This document shows positions 28,261 through 37,086 of a DNA stretch of 64,000 bases, in pieces (position 1 is the stretch's first letter; every line of letters begins with the position of its first letter). The DNA lies in the IMG/VR virus record IMGVR_UViG_3300021134_000001, positions 2,824 through 66,823 of that record. One strand, 5' to 3'. The position numbers and the translations under genes were made by a program. Source of the DNA: a virus. The notes under the pieces are model-generated. The model did no database searches, had not been told where the DNA came from, and saw only the letters and a list, made by a program, of their open reading frames with translations.

Positions 28261-29106
28261 TTAGTAGGTCCATTGGGAGGCATTCAATGGAGGCAACCAT
28301 AGGCAGACCCACCGTGAGGTGTTGAGATACTTCGTAATAGAAAAGGCTCATCGCCAAGCCGGAAATATTGTAATGCCTACTGATAATCGTCTTGGACACG
28401 CAGACGTTAAAGTGAAGTGCAAGTAAGTGGAATGCTTACTGGTCAAAGAAGGAACCAGGTCCTATCGCGACGAGAGTATTCCTGAGAACGCTGAGCAACG
28501 ATAATGCTCCAAGGTCACTGGCTATATGCGTTGGAAGCGAAATAGTAGATACCAGTTACATGTACCAGTAGAAGTCTGGGTTGCCCTCTTGTAGGGTTGA
28601 CGATGAGCTAATGACTCGTCTGAAAGATTGACGTTCGCATGTAACAAAGAAATCCATATGGCGTTAGGTTGATCTCTAACATTGTTTGGTACTGCTGCTC
28701 GAGGTTGTCGAGTAGGCAATGGCTGAAGCCTTTAGGACTGGGGATTCTCGGTTGAAGAAGCCAACTAACATACGCCACTTAATACATATATGCGGAGTCC
28801 GTTCTAGACCACCTTCCGCGGGTCAGTGTAAGGTTCGAAACTTACATGTGTATAATTATAATGGTCGCCCACCACCACAAACAAAAGGTGGGCACTAATG
28901 AATACGCGTAAAGACACATCAACCCAATCTATCTATGGGAAATTATCCTAGCCAACTTCCACCTCACTTATACGAGGCATCGATCAGCTGATTACTTATC
29001 GAATAAAGGCTACCGCTAGGAGAAGCGATGCAATCGGCTCGAAAGAGTAACCTTAAACGTTCACGACCATACGCTCTTAAACGTATACGATAGAGTATTC
29101 ATTAGT
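28261..29106 (+). ncRNA. island of structured non-coding RNA domains
   Basis: no credible ORF; successive closed helices 28261/28383, 28555/28645, 28659/28777, 28782/28853, 28894/29106. Confidence 0.6.
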
Positions 29107-29112
29107 AACTAT

Positions 29113-29187
29113 TTCTCGATAGTGTTAACGGTAGCACGTCTGTCTCCAAAACAGAAGGTTGCGGTTCGAATCCGTATCGGGATGCCA
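29113..29187 (+). tRNA. tRNA-Trp (CCA)
   Basis: cloverleaf, anticodon arm tctgt-ctCCAaa-acaga, GGTTCGAATCC T-loop, encoded 3' CCA; U-U at pair 1:72. Confidence 0.9.
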
Positions 29188-29188
29188 A

Positions 29189-29258
29189 GTACTGTCAGTA
29201 CGGTGGGACGTGCAGGTCGACAAGACACGGACATGGTTCGAATCCTAACAGTACACAC
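29189..29258 (+). ncRNA. tRNA-like element with shrunken anticodon arm
   Basis: acceptor gtactgt/acagtac, D-arm gtac/gtgc, GGTTCGAATCC; no CCA. Confidence 0.5.
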
Positions 29259-29380
29259 GCCACGTAGATACTACACTCAGAAAACTGCTAAGCCAGATAC
29301 AGGCGATTTGCCAAGTCGACTAACCATGACCCTGCTGAGGAAGAGTTAGGGTATCCAAGGATTCAAGCGCCATACGTGGC
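29259..29380 (+). ncRNA. putative ~120-nt structured RNA
   Basis: closing helix gccacgta/tacgtggc, inner gatac/gtatc, ctcag/ctgag, accct/agggt. Confidence 0.45.
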
Positions 29381-29440
29381 TCCTAACATTGTAAACTTTT
29401 CCACAAACATTGTAAACTTATGAGAGAAGGATTGTAAACT

Positions 29441-30224
29441 ATGCCTATAGATTTAGACGATAAGGCTACGGCCGCAGAGCAACTGCAAAAGGTATTGGAA
29501 GATAATCTCTTCTTAAAGAATCTGTTTATGAAATATAAAGGAGTTGAGAATCCTTTTATTTGTGGTGGAAGTAAAGAGCAAGGCGAAGATGGATTGCCTG
29601 AATATATTATGGTCTGTCCAGCTCTAGGAGCGGATGGTTATGCTGTCTATAAAAAGTACAAAGACTACGACGCACCGAGTTATTAAATAAAGAAAGAATA
29701 AAATGAAAGACGATTTGATTTATCGTCTAAGAAAGCGAGCAGAGATTAGGCGGCAAATTACTTCACGTAAGTCTGTGCAGAATGGAGAGCCTGATCGCAT
29801 AGCTGATCTCTTAGAAGAAGCGGCAGACGCTTTAGATAAACTAACTAATAAGGAATTACAATGATAATGACATATACTAAAGATGAACTCTATCGTTCAT
29901 TTAGAGATGCTGTCGATCAATACTTTCAATTGCAACGCGACTATGAGATGTTGAAAAAGCATCGCGATGAGCTATTGCAAGAGAATCGTGATCTTAAGAA
30001 GAAGCCTGTATCCGTAGTCAGATGCGAAGGCTATTGCCAACAAGGTCGATTACCGTGCACTTGTGAGAAGGAGATGGATGATGAATGAGCTATCGCAAAG
30101 GCGAATAGCGATCTGTGCGGCTTGTCCTGAGTATTCATTCCTAGGATTCTGTAAGAAATGTGGGTGTGCTATGGCAGTAAAGACGCGTATGATTAGTGCC
30201 CAATGCCCCTTGAAGAAGTGGTAA
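29441..30224 (+). CDS. small hypothetical proteins, including a Cys-rich 47-aa ORF (30081-30224)
   Basis: packed ORFs; CxxC...CxxCGC...CP..KW pattern in the last. Confidence 0.6.
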
Positions 30225-30434
30225 AATAGTACGAGAGAGGTAAGTCACTTTCGAGAACCGAGAGTGATGTTATGGTCGACGCCAGAGAGTTCTGGAGACC
30301 AATTTGCGAGATAGTACAGTAGTTACTATTCACAGCAATCAAGGAAGGCACCAGGGATATCCTGGTAGCCTCCTATCAATACTCCTAGGCAGTAGCCTAG
30401 CGATTCTTAGGCCGTTCTGGCCATCAAATCAAAG

Positions 30435-30644
30435 TTAAGTTTCAACTTCTTCACCTCGTGGTGTATAAAGTTTATCAGCAGGACATTTAAACAAAGTAAC
30501 TGTTCCATTTGAATTATTTCTTATACAGTCAGGAGCGTTTACAACAGGTTTAGGTACTGTTAGGTATCTATACTCTGGCGTAGACGGTGAAGACACGCAA
30601 CCATTAAGAGCGATAAACGCTAAGGCAATAAGTAAGATTCGCAT
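30435..30644 (-). CDS. small outer-membrane lipoprotein
   Basis: signal peptide with lipobox LNGC. Confidence 0.75.
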   Translation of the reverse strand: MRILLIALAFIALNGCVSSPSTPEYRYLTVPKPVVNAPDCIRNNSNGTVTLFKCPADKLYTPRGEEVET

Positions 30645-31213
30645 TAGAATTTATACTGCGCATTTGCTGTATACCGATTGAAGCCACTAGAATAGTTGCC
30701 ACCTACTGAATTAAACCTAGTGTAGTCAGCAGTCACTGCCCATGCCTTGGTCAAGTCGTATTTGTAGCCAGTACCAAACAAGTAGCCATTACCTGTGCTA
30801 TTAGTTAGTCCTGAATTGACAAAGGAACGATCAAGGCCAGCTCGTGCGTACAAGCCATTGTAGACATAGTAACCCAACGACAGTTCGTAGTCATGATAAC
30901 GTTGCGAGTAACCACTATTTTCATAGGTATATTTAGTTGCTCCCGACTGGCCGTAGGCAAACTCACCGAAAAGTTTCTCTGTGAAGTTCCTACCGATGCC
31001 AAAGCGTTCGAATGAGGTTGTTCCACCTTGAGATCCAGCAGTGGTCGAGTTATGGTATTTGCCACTTGAAATTCCGACGCCTGCGGATACATAGTTCTTT
31101 CCATCGAGAAAAGAATTCTCCAAAGCATCGTTACTTGCGAAGATAGGAGTGGACTGAGCCATCGCTACGCTCGCGAAAAGGGCAACCAAAGCGGCTGTTA
31201 AGATTTTATACAT
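30644..31213 (-). CDS. outer-membrane beta-barrel protein (Ail/Lom/OmpA-barrel-like)
   Basis: signal peptide, amphipathic aromatic strands, C-terminal QYKF BAM signal. Confidence 0.85.
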   Translation of the reverse strand: MYKILTAALVALFASVAMAQSTPIFASNDALENSFLDGKNYVSAGVGISSGKYHNSTTAGSQGGTTSFERFGIGRNFTEKLFGEFAYGQSGATKYTYENSGYSQRYHDYELSLGYYVYNGLYARAGLDRSFVNSGLTNSTGNGYLFGTGYKYDLTKAWAVTADYTRFNSVGGNYSSGFNRYTANAQYKF

Positions 31214-31242
31214 ATTGAACTCCTTTGTTTTTACTACAATTT

Positions 31243-31280
31243 AAAACACCAGAGAGATACCCTTGCGGACACTCTCCGGT
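31243..31280 (-). terminator. intrinsic terminator after tail genes
   Basis: minus strand accggagagtgtcc-gcaa-gggtatctctctggt followed by gtttt. Confidence 0.7.
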
Positions 31281-31311
31281 TTCTTTAGCTCAAACTCTGA
31301 GCAATTTCCGA

Positions 31312-31929
31312 CTATGAAAACGCAGATACGTTTGCACCAGATACGATGTCTCCATTGACGCGTAAACCGCCAGTAATGGTACCACCTGAAAGGGGCAAAT
31401 AATTCGCTACAGTGGCATTCACAATAGTCATAATACGTGCTTCAACTTCTTCTTTAGTATACACTTCATTACGACGATACGTATTCGCGCGTAAAAGATC
31501 ATTGAAAACGTTTGGCAGTTCTTGCCAATCACCAACCTGAAAGAAAGCGTTAGGATTAGGATCTGGTGCAAGATCGTACCTAGCAGAGTAATACTTCTTC
31601 TCATCCGGCTTATAAATCACATCGCCTAACTTATACTCTGTTAGCGGATTCCACTCACTCGCTAATGGATAGACATAGTCACCAATAACGCTATTGTCAC
31701 CAACTACTGTACCAATAACGATATCATTGACGCCGTTAAACATCATCAAGACGAGTGTTGCGCCGTCGACCTTAGTCCATAAACCTCCGGTCTGAAGGTC
31801 AGGTGGACGAGCTGGATTAGATTGATTTGTTTGAATAGACGTGTACAACCTATTCAAGATATCAGCCAACGCGTTACCGCTAGTTGATGCTGCTATGATT
31901 GGAAAATCATTAGCATTTGTAATAGACAT
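31312..31929 (-). CDS. tail-associated protein with carbohydrate-binding-like module
   Basis: follows tail tip gene; EWNPLTEYKLGDVI motif, LPLSGGTITG fibre motif. Confidence 0.65.
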   Translation of the reverse strand: MSITNANDFPIIAASTSGNALADILNRLYTSIQTNQSNPARPPDLQTGGLWTKVDGATLVLMMFNGVNDIVIGTVVGDNSVIGDYVYPLASEWNPLTEYKLGDVIYKPDEKKYYSARYDLAPDPNPNAFFQVGDWQELPNVFNDLLRANTYRRNEVYTKEEVEARIMTIVNATVANYLPLSGGTITGGLRVNGDIVSGANVSAFS

Positions 31930-31938
31930 AAAAACTCC

Positions 31939-34900
31939 TTAAATAGATTGAATACGTTCACGACCTTGACCACGAACAATCGCGTCAACTTTGCCTGAAC
32001 TTGTGGAGCCATCCATGATATCGAACAACTCAAGATCAAAGCTCAAACGATTCTTATTCGTGACTCGCGCAGTAAGAGGTTTCGTATCACCATCGATAGA
32101 GATCGCAACAGAGATATCATCAAACATGAAAGGTGGATCCATAAAGACTGTTGTGACACCTGCTGGTAACTCAATATCGTTCTTAGACCATTGGCGATCT
32201 AATGCATCGATGATTACAGAGCCATCGGTTATAACTACTTTCACGTATGGATCATATGAACGAGCCACAATCCGCATTTGTAATAACTTACACGTAACGT
32301 CCCCAACCATAATACGGCGCCAGTCAGACCATTCTTGTCCACCTGAACCAATCATATCGGGTTGTTCAGCCATCGTTTCCCAAGTTGAAATAAAGTTTAG
32401 TTTACCTGTTCCACGAACTTCAAGCCAACAATCCCATGCGTCAGTAGGAGCGGTTTCGCCACTTTCATATTCACCATGCGCTTCGATTTTAGAAGATACG
32501 CGGACCTCATAGATGTCAGTAAAGTCTACAATATTCTCATAGACATATACACTTTCAGGAGCAGCGTTGCCCCATGTACCGCTACTCATGAGATCACCGA
32601 TACCTCCAGCGATTTCATCCATAAATCCAACATCAGAGAGTTTGTACCACTCACTAATCATCTTATTACGAGCTACGACGCGCACATCGAAATTAGTGCG
32701 AATACCTGGCCATAATGTCAAACGATCGTCAATATCTTCTACGATCTCAACGTTTGGTAAATTTGCGACTGTAGTTCGACGCTGTTCGATCTTTGAACCA
32801 TTGCCAGATGTATCCCACGCTCGAATAAAGTATGTACCTGTACGAGCACCCACTGAAACTGTTGTAGAGTTCCATGGCGCAATCGCTAATGGTAGACTAT
32901 ACTTCCAATCAGGAATACGCACATCAGGTGAATAACGAATCTCATAGTACGATAGGTCAGGGTCCAGAGTCTTAGTCCAAGATAGTTGAATAGTCTCTGA
33001 CTGAACGTTTAACGTATAATCTTTAATATCAGATGGTGGAGTAATGTCTCTAGTTAAAACAATAGTCACAGTCGCAGATCGACCGGTTACACCGCCCGCT
33101 GTGACAGGAACTACAGTGTATACTAACGGCGCACCGATCAAACCTGGATTACCTAACAAGTCGATGATATGTGAATAAGATAGAGTCTGTGAAGATCCAA
33201 TATACTCATTTACATGACCTGGCGCTGTCCAATAGATGTCGGCCTGCGCGTATCCAAATCCACCAATAGTCCAATCAAGGTTAATCGACGCGAATGGTTT
33301 ACGATCGACATAAACAAAGGTCTCATTAGCCTTTAGCGATGCGATATAGAGATCTGTTGAATCGATAAGATCCTGAGAGATCTCAGCGTCCCAAGGAGGT
33401 ATCTCACCTGTTTCAGCCTGATAGACTTCAGGCACGTACTTAACTAGTGTAATTTCCGCCGTTAAGTCATTACCTGGGGTAATAGATTGAACGATATACT
33501 TACCAACAACACGCTCAGTCTGACCAACGATAATTAAATCATCGGATTCAAGACCAGTCGCATCATCCAATATAAGTACAGTACCATACGACTCTGAAGT
33601 TGCCCTTGTAATCAAACCAGTGCGTACTTCACCGTTGCTCATACGTACGGAGTAACCGTTTGGTTTAATCGATAAGGTTTGATCGATTACTACAGTATTC
33701 TGATCTACAGAAACAATACGCGATGGGATACCACCAATCTTAGCGACGTCATTGGCTACGTGAACTAAATCTCCACGTTGAACAACGAGGTTTTCTAGGT
33801 CCATGTTCACAGTAAAGTGTTCACTTCGTAGTACACCTTGCGCCATCATATAGCGACCATATTTCCACGCTTGATCGGGATTGGTGATACCAAACGTCTC
33901 TAGTGTCTCAAAGTTTGTCGCATTATTTTCATCATACCCGTCGTTATAGACGATTCGTTCTTCTTTCTGCCAACTAATCTCAGGAGCGTTCTCAACAATA
34001 ACACTCGACTTTTCACCATTAATAAAGGTGACCAAGAAAGCGTGAGGCGTGTCAGCGAAAGTACGCGAACCTTTGAAACCCCATGAGTTAGCTGGAGTAA
34101 TTAATTGGCGAGGAGTTGTGCGCTCTTCATCTAACAAAACACCATACTTACCGCTAGTCGTGAACATCATAGCCGCATGGCCAGTTGATAGAACGGAAGA
34201 AACTAACTCTTGTACAGTTGTCTTATAATCAATCACAAAGTTAGCATAATACTTATGTTCTTCGCAGAACTTGGCAAACTTAATAAAACTCGGCCAATCA
34301 ATAAGTTCATCTTTAATCGGTTTCCGATTCGCTTCACTCGTTAATATGTCTAAAGCGATCCATGCTGGATTACTCGTCGCTTCAGTGATAAATGTTTTAC
34401 CATCTTGTGTAGTACGTAATACCGATGTGGCGATGGCGTTCAGGGTTTGAACAGTACCAGAGAGTTTCTCTGATGCAGTAACGCGCATCTCAAGCATCGT
34501 ATGTTTTCGATTAAGATTGACAACAGATCCGTCTTTATAAGACTTGATCATGGTTACTGCCATATCTTCAATAATACGATTACTACCGTTGTCTGGACTA
34601 CCTTTAATAATTCTAAATTCAAATTCACCTACATCTGGCGGCACGATTGAGATTACCGCAACAAAGCGTTGGTTAGTAGAACCTGACATACCAATACGTT
34701 GGTTCTGATCGCCAGTCCAGGCCTTACCGTCGTAATAACGGAAGAATTCAGGAGGCGGAGGATCTTGTTGCTCCCAAGCGTTAATACCTTTAAATGAGGA
34801 GGCTGGCACATCACGCCAAACGGTTTCACCAACTAGACGATATTGAGCGTTAATATAGACGCTATGGCCTGTGGCATTACCTTGATCATTAATATAACAT

Positions 34901-35793
34901 AGACCTCGTGGGAATGTTAAATCAACGTCAAACGCTGTGGTAGATTGTTTACTTCGAATGATTAATTCTGAACCTGATTTTAGGACATAACTAAACTGAT
35001 CGTAACCTACTCTATTCGTAAGAAACGTGGTATTAGTTACTAAACTATCTCGGTGCCATATCAGTTCAGGACTAAAGGTCTCGGCTAAAGTATCGCCAAT
35101 CTTTAAATCGGTAACGCTAATATCTCCTAGACCGAAGTCATAGAGCGATGAAACTGTGGAAGATGTACCAACGTTAGTCACCAACGGATTAGCGGCTAAT
35201 TGTGGAAATACCTTATGTCTGCCATAGATTCTCGCAACAGGTGCATACTTACGCATGCCATTTGATTGACCGCCAAGACTATATGTTGGTGAGTCAGTAG
35301 TGCCACTTCCTGCACTACCGCCATTACTTGTATTAGCGGATGGAGGCGGAATGAGAGCGCTAACGGCCATCATACCGACCATCGACACGCCCATAGTTAC
35401 GAGCGAGGCGCCGATACCACCAGCAGCAAGGCCCATACTGGCGGCAAGCGGTGCAGCCACCATTGGCGCAAATACCGCGACAGCGACCATTAATGCAGCG
35501 CCTAGTACACCACTTTTACCGCCGCCTCCGCCTTTCTGTGGAACGATGGCCAAGAGAATACTATCGCCTTCTTGAATCCAAAAGTTCTCCGGTTCATCCA
35601 CTCGCATGCCATGATTAAAGGCAACTAAGTACCCGCGCAGATCTTCAGGAATGGCGCGCTCTACTAACTCATGAATGGTTTCACCAGGCACAGCGATGAT
35701 CGAAAGATTATGTACGCCTGAAGGCGATAAAAGTCTAGCAAGTTGTTTCTGTTGCGTCTGTGGTGCATCTAATACTTCTAATTCATCCATCAT
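31939..35793 (-). CDS. tail tip / host specificity protein (lambda J-like with fused gpI-like N-terminus)
   Basis: 1284 aa, P...YG motif, SNPAW, FnIII-like segment, position in tail module. Confidence 0.85.
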   Translation of the reverse strand: MMDELEVLDAPQTQQKQLARLLSPSGVHNLSIIAVPGETIHELVERAIPEDLRGYLVAFNHGMRVDEPENFWIQEGDSILLAIVPQKGGGGGKSGVLGAALMVAVAVFAPMVAAPLAASMGLAAGGIGASLVTMGVSMVGMMAVSALIPPPSANTSNGGSAGSGTTDSPTYSLGGQSNGMRKYAPVARIYGRHKVFPQLAANPLVTNVGTSSTVSSLYDFGLGDISVTDLKIGDTLAETFSPELIWHRDSLVTNTTFLTNRVGYDQFSYVLKSGSELIIRSKQSTTAFDVDLTFPRGLCYINDQGNATGHSVYINAQYRLVGETVWRDVPASSFKGINAWEQQDPPPPEFFRYYDGKAWTGDQNQRIGMSGSTNQRFVAVISIVPPDVGEFEFRIIKGSPDNGSNRIIEDMAVTMIKSYKDGSVVNLNRKHTMLEMRVTASEKLSGTVQTLNAIATSVLRTTQDGKTFITEATSNPAWIALDILTSEANRKPIKDELIDWPSFIKFAKFCEEHKYYANFVIDYKTTVQELVSSVLSTGHAAMMFTTSGKYGVLLDEERTTPRQLITPANSWGFKGSRTFADTPHAFLVTFINGEKSSVIVENAPEISWQKEERIVYNDGYDENNATNFETLETFGITNPDQAWKYGRYMMAQGVLRSEHFTVNMDLENLVVQRGDLVHVANDVAKIGGIPSRIVSVDQNTVVIDQTLSIKPNGYSVRMSNGEVRTGLITRATSESYGTVLILDDATGLESDDLIIVGQTERVVGKYIVQSITPGNDLTAEITLVKYVPEVYQAETGEIPPWDAEISQDLIDSTDLYIASLKANETFVYVDRKPFASINLDWTIGGFGYAQADIYWTAPGHVNEYIGSSQTLSYSHIIDLLGNPGLIGAPLVYTVVPVTAGGVTGRSATVTIVLTRDITPPSDIKDYTLNVQSETIQLSWTKTLDPDLSYYEIRYSPDVRIPDWKYSLPLAIAPWNSTTVSVGARTGTYFIRAWDTSGNGSKIEQRRTTVANLPNVEIVEDIDDRLTLWPGIRTNFDVRVVARNKMISEWYKLSDVGFMDEIAGGIGDLMSSGTWGNAAPESVYVYENIVDFTDIYEVRVSSKIEAHGEYESGETAPTDAWDCWLEVRGTGKLNFISTWETMAEQPDMIGSGGQEWSDWRRIMVGDVTCKLLQMRIVARSYDPYVKVVITDGSVIIDALDRQWSKNDIELPAGVTTVFMDPPFMFDDISVAISIDGDTKPLTARVTNKNRLSFDLELFDIMDGSTSSGKVDAIVRGQGRERIQSI

Positions 35794-36178
35794 ATCTAAA
35801 TACTCCAGTCAGACGATGCTTCCAGTTAACATTAGACAAGTCTTCTATACATGACTGTCTACCCTTGAGACTATGAAGAAACTCATGGTCATTCAACATA
35901 ATACCGCAATGGACCTCAAGGCCCATGATTCGAAAGGTAACTACATCACCTTGTTTAGGTGTATCTACTTTACGCCAAGCAGCGCCTAAACTATGTTGGG
36001 CGCTTTTAATAGCGATATCGGCTACTGCCTCGTTATCTAATTCAGAATACATATAGGTTGGCAAGGTCTTGTTTAGAACCTCTTTAGAATAAAGTTTAGC
36101 GATGCCATAACAATCAGCACCATCAAATGTTTCGCCACACACTACATAAGGTATTCCTATGAATTTAAGGATGCTCAT
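35783..36178 (-). CDS. NlpC/P60 tail protein
   Basis: GIPY, DCYG, HCGI, FLH. Confidence 0.9.
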   Translation of the reverse strand: MSILKFIGIPYVVCGETFDGADCYGIAKLYSKEVLNKTLPTYMYSELDNEAVADIAIKSAQHSLGAAWRKVDTPKQGDVVTFRIMGLEVHCGIMLNDHEFLHSLKGRQSCIEDLSNVNWKHRLTGVFRYDG

Positions 36179-36233
36179 CCTAACTCCTTTGTAAATGACT
36201 TACCATAACCCTCTTGTGAAGGGTTACAGTCAA

Positions 36234-36704
36234 TCATCTGAATAATCCTGGAAAATGCACAGGGTCATAAGTCTCCGCTGGGAAACCAACTGACATTGTG
36301 TTAAGTACTTCTAGGTCACCAGTGATGGTGAGTGCGTCATATTGGACGCCTCGTAATGTTAGAAAATCTAGTCGTTTTTCTACAATATCTGGGTAAGCGC
36401 TACTGATCAACTCGACAGTTAACACCGGCGGAATAGCCTGTCCTCGTATTGCCTCTATAATCTCATTTGAAACGTTAGAGATTACTAAAGACACTCGTGG
36501 CAATTTTTCACCGTCATCTGAAGGAAGATTAAGTTTAAATGGAAACGGTTGATATGTGATTCCATTGCTTATGATCGATTCGTTATTATTAACTAAATAG
36601 AGAGGCGGATTGCCAAGTGTTTCAATGGTCAATAGATACAACCAAGCCACTGGTGAACTAATGGCTTGGATATCTCTTTGATTTTCTGGATGGACTAGTA
36701 CTGT
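36234..36704 (-). CDS. minor tail protein (DUF1833/gpL-like)
   Basis: YLVNNNE, PF...LP, C-terminal P..FPGLF; start approximate. Confidence 0.75.
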   Translation of the reverse strand, partial: TVLVHPENQRDIQAISSPVAWLYLLTIETLGNPPLYLVNNNESIISNGITYQPFPFKLNLPSDDGEKLPRVSLVISNVSNEIIEAIRGQAIPPVLTVELISSAYPDIVEKRLDFLTLRGVQYDALTITGDLEVLNTMSVGFPAETYDPVHFPGLFR

Positions 36705-37075
36705 CATAGTGTAGCCCAACTTGGCATTTGTTCCCACTTCATCGATGCTTCAAACACATTACGATCTATCCACTTGATGATAGGAGGTGCTGTCACTCGT
36801 ACAACAATCTCTAAGCCATCTTGTGGACGTTTAATACGTGTAGGTAAAACGCCACCTTGCTGTGAAACTCTAAACCATTCAACGAAATCGTGATACTGAG
36901 CTGCCTTTAGTGTAAGAGTTGTTTCAATAGTTCTTACTAATCCAGTAGTACGTCTACGAACCTTTACTTCCATATCGTCCATAGCGCTACGAATGGTATT
37001 GGCAGCGTACGACTCGTTCCAACTTTGCATACATCCATCTATTGATGACGGACGTGGCGCAATGCTTATTGACAT
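36704..37075 (-). CDS. distal tail protein (gpM-like)
   Basis: IRS.M....KVRRR motif directly after tape measure. Confidence 0.7.
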   Translation of the reverse strand: MSISIAPRPSSIDGCMQSWNESYAANTIRSAMDDMEVKVRRRTTGLVRTIETTLTLKAAQYHDFVEWFRVSQQGGVLPTRIKRPQDGLEIVVRVTAPPIIKWIDRNVFEASMKWEQMPSWATL

Positions 37076-37086
37076 AAATTACTCCT

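Noticed and set aside
28261-29106. tmRNA or RNase P RNA
   Set aside because: No tmRNA-type acceptor ends or tag reading frame and no RNase P GAGGAAAGUCC signature could be found by eye.
28522-29349. ORFs 28522-28719 (-) and 29122-29349 (+)
   Set aside because: No RBS, non-ATG starts, and overlap with the tRNA and structured RNA.
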